Assembly (NCBI GenBank): GCA_964016885.1
Contig: OZ024740.1
Coordinates: 166,098,001-166,162,000 of the forward strand
Direction: 5' to 3'
Source of the DNA: Eledone cirrhosa
Lineage: Eukaryota
DNA: 64,000 bases
This document shows, in pieces, positions 31,818 through 44,212 of the stretch (position 1 is the stretch's first letter; each line of letters begins with the position of its first letter). Below the pieces are notes generated by a model, which worked only from the letters and a program-made list of their open reading frames with translations, did not search any database and was not told the origin of the DNA. Made by a program: the position numbers and the translations under genes.

Positions 31818-32149
31818 TATGTGCAAATTCCACTGTTAACATGCACATAAACACACGCAGAGAAACCGCTTAGTTTCGAATACGATGATAAGGTTGTATA
31901 ACTGCAAACAGAACTACAAAGTGTGGATAGAGACAGGAGGTGGTGTGGTTGGAGTGATTGTTGGGAAGCATTCAACACCAACGGTGTCACAGCCGCGGCA
32001 CTGGTATCCACGCGATCACTCACGCACGCTCAAGAGAAACATGCATTCATGCATCAGAAAGTTTAGGATTGTGAGGGTTATGTGTGTTGGGTGATATATA
32101 CAGGTGTTGTGAATGTGTATTGTGTGGTGGCTGGAGTGGTGTGTGTGCA

Positions 32150-33210
32150 TGAGAGCAAGGATAAATGGAGGGTATAGAAACTGCAGAGGTAGGGAATTGT
32201 GTTAATTCAGAAAAGTAGTTTCAAGTGAAAAATTAAATTCTTCTCGTTCCTAATGCGAGTGGTCGATCCTGAGTGAAAATTAGGCAGGGGTGTTGAGTAT
32301 ATTATTTGTGGGGGAACGGAACTGACTAGCGCTAGGTGTGCATTTTTCCAGCCGTATGCCCCTCAGGTGTTCTGCAAACCTATCCTCCAGACAGCAGCCC
32401 ACTTGTTTGAAGTACATGGACCCGCCAAAGGACATCAGAGGGTACGGACGTCGTTGGTGGAAGTACAAATGATTTAATGGTGATTTTGAAAAGAACGGTT
32501 CGTGCCTGTGAGGGTGGTGAGGTTTGTTTATGTAGGGACAGGTATTATGGTAAGGGTTGAAAGCCATATGGAGTCCTAGGGAAGGAGGAGAAAGAACTGT
32601 GCACAAGAGGATTACGGAGATATCGGGCGCACTTTAAGGTGGTGACGGGGAGGTTAGGAAAAGCGCGAGAAATGACGGTGGTCAGAAATGAGTGTTCGAA
32701 AGCAATGAAGCATACAACTCCGCAGTGGTAGGGTGGAGGGTGGTGGGTGAGTTGAAAGGATGACGGGTGTGGGCGGGTCGTTGTGTAAGAGGGATTTTGC
32801 GAAGTCAGTATGATGGGAGCGAGTAAGTGCAGCTTGGATTAAGGTGGGAGGATATCCATGATGGTTGAAACAAGAAGCAATGCGTTTAGACTGGATCTCG
32901 AATTGAAGGTCATGGCTGAAGAGCTGACGCAGCCGGAGGAATTGGGGGTAGGGTATGTAGAGTTTGATGTGGTTGGGGTGGGAGGAGCTGAAGTCGATGT
33001 AGGAAGGGAAGTCTGGGTTTATAGATGGAGGTATAGAGGGTGTGGTGAGTATAGTCGATAGAAAGAGAGATATCGAGAAATTGAACCGTAGAATCGGAGA
33101 CGAAGGTGAAGACGTTGAGGGTAGGATGAACATAATGGACGAAGAAAATAAAAGAGCCGAGCTGTTCACGGGAGAGAGAGGTGGTGCCGCCGATACAATC
33201 ATGTATACAC
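32150..33210 (-). mobile_element. 5'-truncated Neptune-type PLE (RT C-terminus plus GIY-YIG), related to 17395-20494
   Basis: CIHDCIG (degenerate YIDD), FLDISLSID, YIDFSSSHPNHIKLYIPYPQFLRLRQL, HGYP, LEDRFAEHLRGIR. Confidence 0.85.
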
Positions 33211-33211
33211 C

Positions 33212-33405
33212 ACCTAGTGGTTAGAGAATTGGATTCGCAATCATGGGGTTGTGAGATCGATTCAAGCACCGGGCAATGCGTCATGTCCTTGAGCAAGACA
33301 CTTTAGTTCACGTTGCTCCTTCTACCTGGAGTTGCAACCGATATATAGTATTAACATTTGGAAAGACCAATGGAAACATTGTTTCCTCTGTCCGATTTAA
33401 CGAAA
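33212..33405 (+). mobile_element. tRNA-derived CORE-type SINE (octopus OR2-like)
   Basis: A-box-like cctagtggttaga and B-box-like gatcgattc, then the CORE-like tgtccttgagcaagacactt. Confidence 0.65.
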
Positions 33406-33433
33406 GTCTCTCTCTATATATATATATAAATAC

Positions 33434-33475
<42 letters not shown>

Positions 33476-33524
33476 ATACATACATACATACATACATACA
33501 TACATACATACATACATACATACA

Positions 33525-33560
<36 letters not shown>

Positions 33561-33824
33561 CGCGCGTACTCACACACATGCGTTAAATAGCCGAATGACT
33601 CATCAGTATAGTCCTAGAACGTGTTTGAGTGTGTGCCCGGGTATGTAATGAAGGTGTGAGGAGTGATAGACAGATAGATAAAGAACGGGAGAAACGGAAA
33701 GTGACAGAGACATTAAGTGTTGAATATAACATGATGTTTTCCGCACGATCTTGAATTTGTCCCCAAGAAACAGTAAATCAATTGACAAAACATTACATCT
33801 AAATATCTACCTTGCTACATACCT

Positions 33825-33894
<70 letters not shown>

Positions 33895-34136
33895 ATATAT
33901 ATTTGTAAATGTACACACACATACACTTGTATATATATTTATTTCTATATGCTTGTTAGAATTATTTAAATGCTAATGTACATTATAAAATTCGATACAT
34001 TTTTCAAATGAATATAATATTCTGTCAATCTCATGGGTAGTAACAAGAGAAAGAGGGAGAGATATAACGATAGAGAGAGGTAAAGGAAAGAAATGCTATC
34101 CACTTACTGTTGTTTCTTTTTACATTTTTTCATTCC

Positions 34137-34201
<65 letters not shown>

Positions 34202-34549
34202 CTTCCCTCTTTATTTCCCCTTTCTCTTTTTCCATTGTTTGGGAATAAAATAAACGGGAAAATGTAGATAAGCAAGTGAAATGTTGAGACGTAGCCATAG
34301 TGATACATATCAAAAATAGAATCCTATGTATATTCTTTATGGAAGCAATGTTTTTATCGTCACATGATTACCCTCATCACAATCAACACTTATCAGTATC
34401 GTCAGTATCGTTACCATTTTTATTATTACTCTAATATATATAAAATGGTTTCTCTTATTGGACACAGGACGTTGGGGAGTGTACAAACATGAAACAGAAA
34501 CAGGGCGAAATCTACGAAAACAATAGATAGTTATATGAACTTTGAAATC

Positions 34550-35330
34550 GAAACAAATCTTTTATACGCAGAAAACTCTCTAGGTTAATTCGGAGAAAAC
34601 ACGCACGTTTAGTCCTGGGTTTATCTGCCACATTAAAGATAGCAAAAGTACTTTCTACCAGTGACTATCTGTCTGCTTAGTGTAGATATATCTAATCTCG
34701 TCAATAACACAACTGTTTGACATTAAAGAAAATATCTCTGATTGGCAAAGCCTGCATTTCCATCTTTACTGCTCATATTAAGTTACATTTGAAGACTTCG
34801 ATGAGACCTTGACCAAAGGTCAAAAGACCAGTCCTAAACTCTTTTAGCCACGTCTTGCACACAGCTAACTCCACCATACCCACAAGAAAGGGGAAGGATA
34901 ACCGCCATTCTCAGTACACAAAAAAGTAAGAGCAACACAGAGATGTATATGAAACGACACCTACGTAAGATATAGGCACCCCACTAATTCGTCTACCTTC
35001 TATTCCAGTTACTGTAGTCTAGTATTTCAAAACGTTCTCGCGAGCATCTTCGAAGGCGAGAAAATCATCTTACATTACTTTCCCAATTGAAGTTTATCTT
35101 TTCATAGATCACTAGTGTAGCACTGTCGTCAAACCGACGCTGTATGGAATTGATATTTTGTGATCCTGACCACACTGCCGACAATAAGCACCAACCGCTT
35201 TAATACAATCTTAGTTGAAAACTTACTCTCTGCCCACGCCCTTTCTCAGCAGTATCCCTACGCCAGGGCTATCACAAATGAAAATACACAATTTTGCTTC
35301 CAGTTACGATAGATGTTTTTCAAGAGCATG
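34550..35330 (-). mobile_element. Very old LINE APE-endonuclease remnant
   Basis: Minus-strand GVGILLRKG and ENG...LAVCKTW resemble LINE endonuclease motifs; no open frame remains. Confidence 0.3.
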
Positions 35331-36713
35331 TATTCTTAATGCTTGCGGGGTGGAACAACTAAATCAATAATTTTCTGTTCTAGTTATCAGCTTTTCGCAT
35401 CATTCCATCTAATCTGGTGAGAGCAACAACAGGCTTCCGAGGTTGACACAGTAGCCAACCCACTCCATTACAGGAAATGTTGCACCAGACCAGAAGTTTA
35501 AGTGGGCGAAAAATATCAATTAAATCAACTCCAGTATTTGTCTAGTAATTAGTTTTACCGACTCCATAAAGATTACAGGCAAAGACGACATGGGTAGGAT
35601 TTGAAACAACAACTAAAATGATAATAGTAGTATTAAATTTAATGATGACGACAACGACGATGGGGACAAAAGTAAAAACAACACACATTTGGGTTTGCTT
35701 CGAGTAGATGGAAGAGAGAGACAATAAATAGTAATTGTGGATAAGTTGTAACTACTTTGATGAAATTATCTGCGAGATTTATTTGTGTTATTCAATAAAG
35801 AAAACATTTAAGGCCCGTAGAATGTGGAGAAATCAATAAGAAGAAAACAAAGACAATCCCTTAAATACATACTATTAAGATATCTACATTAGCAATTAAT
35901 GTTATTTTTCCTTCTTTTGAGAACATAGTTTTAATGTTTATGCAAGTAACATATTTTATCTTATTTAGAGCAAACTAACCATCAAAAGCATTTCTCCTAT
36001 AGCCATTCTTTCTTTATTTTTCAATTCAAACATAAACTGCATTGTCCATTGTGTCTATCATTCACTAAAGACAGCACTCTACAATGTGAGGGTGTGTTTC
36101 AGCCACGCACATCAAATAGTTCCAAAGATTATTTTGTCGGTGAGCTTTTATAAGATTTTCGAAAAATATGGAACTATTAATTCCCCACCACCCTAATTGT
36201 ATAATGTCATTAAACAATATATATATATATAATTGGAAATTAATAAAATCGAAATTTTTGGCGGTTTGCAAGTAAACTCGGCCTACTTATATGAAATGAT
36301 GAGTTAGCAAAGCACTCGATAAGATAGGACCTTAGAGTAATAACATACGTTTAAATAGCTTGACAAATCGAACATTGTGGTAGGCGAATCTAACACACAA
36401 TATATACCAAAGTAACGATAGAACTAATCAGGTTGAGAAAAATACACCTGGACAAATCACATGATGAATCGTTTAAAGTGTTTCTTTGAATCCGAAATCA
36501 AATATCAGACTTACATGACTGGCAAGCTCGTGGTATTCCTTATCGAACGGAGGATTCAGTTTTTCAACAGGATTTTCGTTTTACCCAGGGCCGAAGTGAT
36601 AAGCTAAATGTTGCTGCTACATGCGGCGTATCGTATCTGTAGCTGTCACGTGTTAATTCCGGCAAGGGAAATAACCCCCGGTTTTTGGCGGGTCATTGAA
36701 AATGTTAGACAAA

Positions 36714-36753
<40 letters not shown>

Positions 36754-37774
36754 AAAACAATACATGTTTATCAAATTTTATTAAAACAACTTATCTAGTG
36801 GAACGCCAGATTTTTTTCACGGAACCCATGTAGAAAATGATGTATCATTTCGTTGGTTCATATTAAAGAATAGGCTCACTAGTGATACGCGTATCACTGT
36901 CTCTACTGCATCATTGGTTACCACATTAAAGATTACATCGTAGCGATTGCTTATATATTTTATTTCCATTATAGCTGATTTATCTTAGTAGGATATTTTT
37001 CTTGGTTGAATAGGACGAGGTATTAATGGCATATTAGACAAGACAAATATATTGAACATTGGTAATCATGGCTCCCCTAAAATGTATTACACTAGTGCAT
37101 ACGTTGCCTTCATGATATATATCTGGAGCTAGTCATCATCAACTTCCAAATCATTCTCGAAGGAGTAAGACAAAACCTTAAACAAGTAAGTCACTCATTA
37201 ATTTTAGATTGTTTTTGCGGTTTATAATAATATATTATTCCTATACAGTGGTATACATGTAATTCGTAGAATCTGGTACATAATGAGATCCAGGTAGGTT
37301 GGCCCATTTGAAAATTGATTAGGGAACAATCCACTGGGTACCATCGACTTACACTCATCTTCACCAAACATATATATGTATCAAATCAAATATTTATAAA
37401 CACAGTACACACACACACATTTATATATACATAGAGAGAGAGAGATAGAAGGAGAGGGGGGATTTATATACCTCTGTATGTGATGTGAGTTTAGGTTTAT
37501 AGATCTACGTTGTTCACTACCTGGTAAACAATTTATAAAATCAAATGTTCAAATGCTCGTATTTTCTGCTTAGCTATATTCACAATCAGCAGTGTCCTTG
37601 ATTATATAATTAACGCTATTCACATATGAAGATGTGTCAATTTGGAAGTTTAGTTGCTAGGGATTTGTCATCACACAGACTGAAATATATTCCATTGGAA
37701 ATATATTTATCTATAATTACATCCGCCTGTGCGTGTTCATATATGTCGCTTTGTAGCACGATTTGTATACCATA

Positions 37775-38916
37775 CCTATATATATATATATATATAAAGT
37801 CTATATTATATATATATATATATAAACTATATATTATATAATATATATAAATATAAAGTATATATATATTTATATAAAGTATATATAATATATATATAAA
37901 GTATATATAATATATATATATATAAAGTATATATAATATATATATATAAAGTATACATATTATATTTTTATAAAGTATATATATATATATATATTAAACA
38001 TATATATAATATATATATATATTAAGTTTATATAATATATATATATATTAAGTATATATAATATATATATATATTAAGTATATATAATATATATATATAT
38101 ATATATTAAGTATATATAATATATATATATATATATATTAAATATATATATATATATATTAAATATATATATATATATATTAAATATATATATATATATA
38201 TATTAAATATATATATATATATATATTAAATATATATATATATATATATTAAATATATATATATATATATATTAAATATATATATATATATATATATTAA
38301 ATATATATATATATATATATTAAATATATATATATATATATTAAATATATATATATATATATTAAATATATATATATATATATTAAATATATATATATAT
38401 ATATATATATTAAATATATATATATATATATATATTAAATATATATATATATATATATATTAAATATATATATATATATATATATTAAATATATATATAT
38501 ATATATATATATTAAATATATATATATATATATATATATTAAGTATATATATATATATATATATTAAGTATATATATATATATATATATTAAGTATATAT
38601 ATATATATATATATTAAGTATATATATATATATATATATTAAGTATATATATATATATATATATTAAGTATATATATATATATATATATTAAGTATATAT
38701 ATATATATATATATTAAGTATATATATATATATATATTAAGTATATATATATATATATTAAGTATATATATATATATATTAAGTATATATATATATATAT
38801 ATTACGTATATATATATATATATATTAAGTATATATAATATATATATTAAGTATATATAATATATATATTAAGTATATATAATATATATATTAAGTATAT
38901 ATAATATATATATTAA

Positions 38917-38954
<38 letters not shown>

Positions 38955-38961
38955 TATTAAG

Positions 38962-38996
<35 letters not shown>

Positions 38997-39002
38997 TATT
39001 AA

Positions 39003-39040
<38 letters not shown>

Positions 39041-39091
39041 TATTAAGTATATATAATATATATATTAAGTATATATAATATATATATTAAG

Positions 39092-39123
<32 letters not shown>

Positions 39124-39722
39124 GTATATATAATATATATATATAAAGTATATATAATATATATATATATATGTTAAGAATATATAATATATATATATAT
39201 ATATATGTTAAGAATATATAATATATATATATGTTAAGAATATATAATATATATATATGTTAAGAATATTTAATATATATATATATATGTTAAGAATATA
39301 TAATCTATATATATATGTTAAGAATATATAATCTATATATATATGTTAAGAATATATAATCTATATATATATAATCTCTATATATATATGTTAAGAATAT
39401 ATAATATATATATATATGTTAAGAATATATAATATATATATATATATGTTAAGAATATATAATATATATATATATATGTTAAGAATATATAATATATATA
39501 TATATATGTTAAGAATATATAATATATATATATATATGTTAAGAATATATAATATATATATATATATGTTAAGTATATATAATATATATATATATGTTAA
39601 GTATATATAATATATATATATATGTCAAGTATATATAATATATATATATATTAAGTATATATTATATATATATATTAAGTATATATATATATATTATATA
39701 TGTGTGTGTGTGTGTATATATA

Positions 39723-39773
<51 letters not shown>

Positions 39774-39790
39774 ATATATATGTATATATG
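37775..39790. repeat. About 2-kb (AT)n array whose interrupting motif changes in blocks
   Basis: TAAAG, then TTAAA, then TTAAG, then GTTAAGAATATATAAT; 30-bp perfect units at about 39410-39570. Confidence 0.95.
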
Positions 39791-40214
39791 TATGTGTATA
39801 CATATGCATGCATACGTATATTTACGCAAGTGCGGGGATGCGCAAGCGCGTGCTTTCGCTGAAATTCTCCAATACTGGTCTATATTCAACCGCATGTATG
39901 TGTATCTTGTGTATGAGTGTGGGTGCGCGGGAACACGTGCGTGTGTTAGCAGCTGCTTGGCAGGATCAATGGGGCCTTCTGTAGTAGTATATGCCAAATT
40001 CCTTTTTCCCCCTTTAAAGCAAGATCGGTGTTTAGATTTATACTAACTAGCCAGTCATTCGAGTACAGACATATTGTATGTTTGTATATGTATGCGTTCG
40101 TGTTTATGTATGTGTGTGTGGGAGGGGGACGTGCACGTGTATATGTGTTTGTGTAAGTGTGTGTATATATGTGTCTGTTTCCCTGAGCTCGGTTGTATAT
40201 GTGTACGAGCGTAT

Positions 40215-40480
40215 GTATGTGAATGTGTGTGCTGTGTGGGTATATGTCTACCTACGTCAGTTTGTGTATCTTCATGTGTGCTGTGTTGTATATGTGTAAC
40301 AACGCAAGTGTGTGTGCCTTTATGTGTACTGTGTTGTATATATGTACTTACGTATGTGCGTATGTGTGCTGTGCTGTATATGCGTACCTACGCATGTGTG
40401 CTGTGTTGTATATGTGTACCTACCTACGTATGTGTGTATGTGTGTTTACGTGTGCTGTGTTGTATCTGTGGACCTGGGTA
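40215..40480. repeat. Imperfect 30-40-bp TG-rich tandem repeat upstream of the exon at 40626
   Basis: Recurring tgtgtgctgtgttgtatatgtgtac...tacg. Confidence 0.75.
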
Positions 40481-40625
40481 AGTGTTTATTATATGTGTAA
40501 CAGTGTATGTATATGTGTATGGCGTGACATGATATATTCAATGTTGATTTTACTAATTTGTTTATATTCAACCAGTGTATAATTAATGACTGCAAGTCTA
40601 TATAAGAAACCCTGTGTTATTTCAG

Positions 40626-40746
40626 ATGCTGGGCAACGGGACCCTTTTGATATCTAAGGTATTCATGGAAGACAAGGGGCGGTATGGTTGCACTGCAAAC
40701 AATACAGCGGGTCTTCAACGCTACGAAGCTTACCTGGATGTTGCGA
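40626..40746 (+). CDS. PTK7: PTK7-like exon, C-terminal half of the membrane-proximal Ig domain
   Basis: tttcag|ATG acceptor; MLGNGTLLISKVFMEDKGRYGCTANNTAGLQRYEAYLDVA (NGTL and DxGxYxC motifs); donor A|gtaaga. Confidence 0.92.
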
Positions 40747-42731
40747 GTAAGATGCTTTTGTTATGTTTGCCTTCTTTTGTTATTTGTTTCATGTTCGTGT
40801 GTGAGGGTGGTTGGGAAGGTGAATTACATGAACTTCCAGGGCAAGAGACATTTTGTGATTTGATTGAAATAATGTCAGTCTGAAAGAAATAGAATCAGAA
40901 TCATTTGTTTCTTGACATGAATAAAAAAAAAAAAGTGTGTCAGTTAATTCATTTATGGAAATCTCCGTTAAGCGATTAAAAAACGAAAAAAATCCCAAAC
41001 TACGACACGTACAGATGTTTCAATTTCTAAGAAGGATCACGAGTGTTTTTTTCTTTGTGTGTGTCTGTTTATTTTTTCTCCTTTATTTGTTCGTATTGTT
41101 TTTCACTACGCTTCTTAAAGTTAATGTTTGAATGTGCCTATATATGAAGTTTATTCTGATCGTGTCATATCGTTTATTTGTGTGCTGCTGGAAAGTCTCA
41201 AAGGATAATATTCTTAAAAGAATACTTAATATCACAATCAACAGCTTCATATATAATTAAATAATACATGTTATATACACTGTTTGCACTATATGTCTTA
41301 CTACATATGCCAATGTAAAATAATCTATATGAAATATGAAAAAAAAATGATTTCGATGTGTTTGATATTCATTACATATATTTGATAATTATAATACAAA
41401 ACTAAGTACATAAGTACATATAAACACAAAGTTAGGTTAAATAAGCAATTAGATGTGCTATACATAAATTGTAGAATATTTTATGGGAAAGTTGCCTAAT
41501 ATAAACGTTTGCCCTCAGCTTATTGGGTTTTATATTTCTTACATTAAACACTACATTTGTGTACTAAATGTATCAATACAAAATTAACCTTTATAAATAC
41601 ATATTTGATCCTATTTTAGTTTTACCTATGGAAAATGTAGGAAATGGCTATGTTTATATAAAAAACAAACAAATCACCATTCTTTTCATTTGTAGTCATC
41701 AAACAAACCAACTTTTCAGACTTTAACATTAGGTTGACAAACATTTTAAAACAATGAACTCAATTACATGACATTTCATGATCATAGTTATAACTAAATG
41801 AAATAACAGATTTATTGGTTTTAGATGAAACCTTCCTTGATCCAACTCATATTTCTGACACCACACGAACAGAAAACACACGCAGCAAGTAAGTGTGTTC
41901 GTTCAAGGCAAAATCCAGAGGCTTCATCAATTATTTGGGCTCACTTAAGTGTAAAGCACCCTCGCATGGGAAAAAAAACACAGTGATTATGATCAGATTT
42001 GGAGTAAACAGATTCGAAAATTTCATATAGAGTAGCTAGAATCGAAGTAACTTCGAGAATGGAATGACATGTCAAATTTAAATAGGGTAAAAGGAGGAAA
42101 AGTCAGGATAGATATGCAGTTCAGCAGCATTATAAAAAAACAGAGGTTGAAATGTGAAAGCTCTCAATAATGAGAGATATCGGTGAAGGTAACAGAAGAA
42201 TCAGCTACTGTAGAGGTAAATTCTATTGATCGGTGTAAAGTATTGAGGAAAAATGAATCAATGAGTTCATTTCTAAAGAGTGCAGTAGAGCCGATACACT
42301 ATCAGAATAAAGCCAAATTTGTCAGTTGTCTGTCTATACGAACAAATGAACACTCGGATAGTTGTACCATAATGTACCATCTCAACCATACATGATCTCT
42401 GAATTATTAACTATTACTGTTTAACTAACAACGATACCTTCTCTTATTATTATATCCCAAAACGATGATTCATTGTGTGTGTACAGTGTACGATGTACAA
42501 CCACCTCATCTAATCTTGCTTATCTTAAAACATAATCTTACAGCAATTTATATTATCTTTACACATACGTATAAACATAGACACACACAGACACACATAA
42601 CCCCCCCCCCCCCCCCCACACACACACACAAACACACAACGCGCACGTCAATTCAATTCCAAAGAACGTAAAGAGATAAGGTATATTTAAAACAATCTAA
42701 TCATGCTGATCTCCGTTGTCATCTTTAACAG

Positions 42732-42905
42732 GTGCTGCCGAGTATGAAAAGACTATTAAGCAGGAAGACAGTTTCAATATGATGAAGACAGTGATAATAG
42801 CTGTTTGCAGCGCAGGAGCTTATCTCGCACTCGTTATTGGCCTTACGGCCTTTTGTAGTTATCGGCTTCTGATGCAAAGACGAAACAGGAAAGCGTTTTC
42901 ACCAA
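42732..42905 (+). CDS. PTK7: PTK7-like exon with the transmembrane helix
   Basis: taacag|GT acceptor; hydrophobic TVIIAVCSAGAYLALVIGLTAFC followed by basic RRNRK, resembling the PTK7 transmembrane segment; donor A|gtacgt. Confidence 0.9.
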
Positions 42906-43388
42906 GTACGTGTTTGTTTTATTAAAGTAATGCCTGTTCTACTGGAAGCTTATTTGAGCACATTTACCAACGATGCGATTGTCCACGAATGCATGCAATG
43001 AGAAAAAAACGCATTATACCGAATAGGTGTACATCATTTGTGTTAAATAAGTTTGAAATCCTACAGTAATCGACTTTAGCATATAAATGATATTAGTTCG
43101 CAAGAGAATGAGAATGAACGAGCTAGAGAGAGAGAAAAAAAGAGGGAGAGATAGAGAAGAGAGAGAGGGGTGGTGACAGACGATAGGTTTTCTATAATTA
43201 TAAACTTACTTTTATTCCTAATTCTATTAGTATGTCTTTGATTGAGCTGCCACAAAGAGATGGATGATCGCAATATGTAGTCGGGTATAACTGTATATTT
43301 ATATATTACATGTTTCCTTTGTTTAAAATTAAGAGTTGCATATGTTGCTACTATGTTTAAACCAACCATCTATTTTACATTGAAACAG

Positions 43389-43637
43389 ACGCAAAGGGCG
43401 ATAATGGTGATATGGCCAGGGAACAGCACGAGTTGCTTGTGAATGACAGGGATCGGGAATCTGGACGAGAATCTGGCACTCACTTCAAGAGTGACAGTGA
43501 TAATCGATCTCATGCCTCTGGTATGAGCTCCTCTCATCTGTCTCACTCTTCCCACTCCTACCATTCACGTAGCCGCCGCGACAGTTATGACCGTTACCAT
43601 TACCCGAGGCAAAATCTCCGGACTCTTTACGTATTGG
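43389..43637 (+). CDS. PTK7: PTK7-like exon, His/Ser-rich juxtamembrane region up to the start of the kinase domain
   Basis: aaacag|AC acceptor; (N)AKGDNGDMAREQ...SHSSHSYHSRSRRDSYDRYHYPRQNLRTLYVL; donor G|gtaaat, phase 1, joins into the Gly loop. Confidence 0.88.
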
Positions 43638-43693
43638 GTAAATATCATTTTCTACATCATTGTTTATGTGTTTGTATATAAATATAATACATA

Positions 43694-43728
<35 letters not shown>

Positions 43729-43749
43729 CATACATACACACACACACAC

Positions 43750-43788
<39 letters not shown>

Positions 43789-43976
43789 TGTATGTTTGCG
43801 TTTGGGTGTGTGTATACGAATTCTGAATATATACATATATATATATATGCATGTGGGGGTGTATAATGCATGTTGTGGTGTATATATTTGTATATTTTTA
43901 TACTGTAGTATAAGTTTGGTAAGAGCACTCTGTCCATAGGACCTGTTAAGTATAATTAGTTACAACAGTGATATGT

Positions 43977-44025
43977 ACAGGTACTTAAGTTTCGTTTTGT
44001 TATACACACTAACTCAATCAGCCTC
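43977..44025 (-). ncRNA. Hammerhead-like motif with an 8-nt first box (CUGAUUGA)
   Basis: AGG-CTGATTGA-GTT...AAC-GAAA-CTTAAG-TA-CCT; palindromic ACTTAAGT in stem III, GUA triplet. Confidence 0.55.
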
Positions 44026-44050
44026 TTTTATAAAAATAAAAATATTTTTG

Positions 44051-44162
44051 TTTTTCTGTTTATATAACAGGCTAAATGAGTTGGCTGTATAACATATACA
44101 GGTGTTTAAGTTTCGTTGGGTTGTACAGCCAACTCATTTAGCCTGTTATATAAACAGAAAAA
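44051..44162. repeat. Perfect 39-bp inverted repeat overlapping a second, mutated hammerhead copy (44098-44146, minus strand)
   Basis: 44051-44089 is the reverse complement of 44124-44162. The minus strand reads ACAGG-CTAAATGA-GTTGG..CCAAC-GAAA-cttaaaca-CCTGT. Confidence 0.85.
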
Positions 44163-44177
44163 AGAAAAACATTTACA

Positions 44178-44212
<35 letters not shown>

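Noticed and set aside
33212-33285. tRNA gene
   Set aside because: No cloverleaf forms, and it runs directly into a SINE core.
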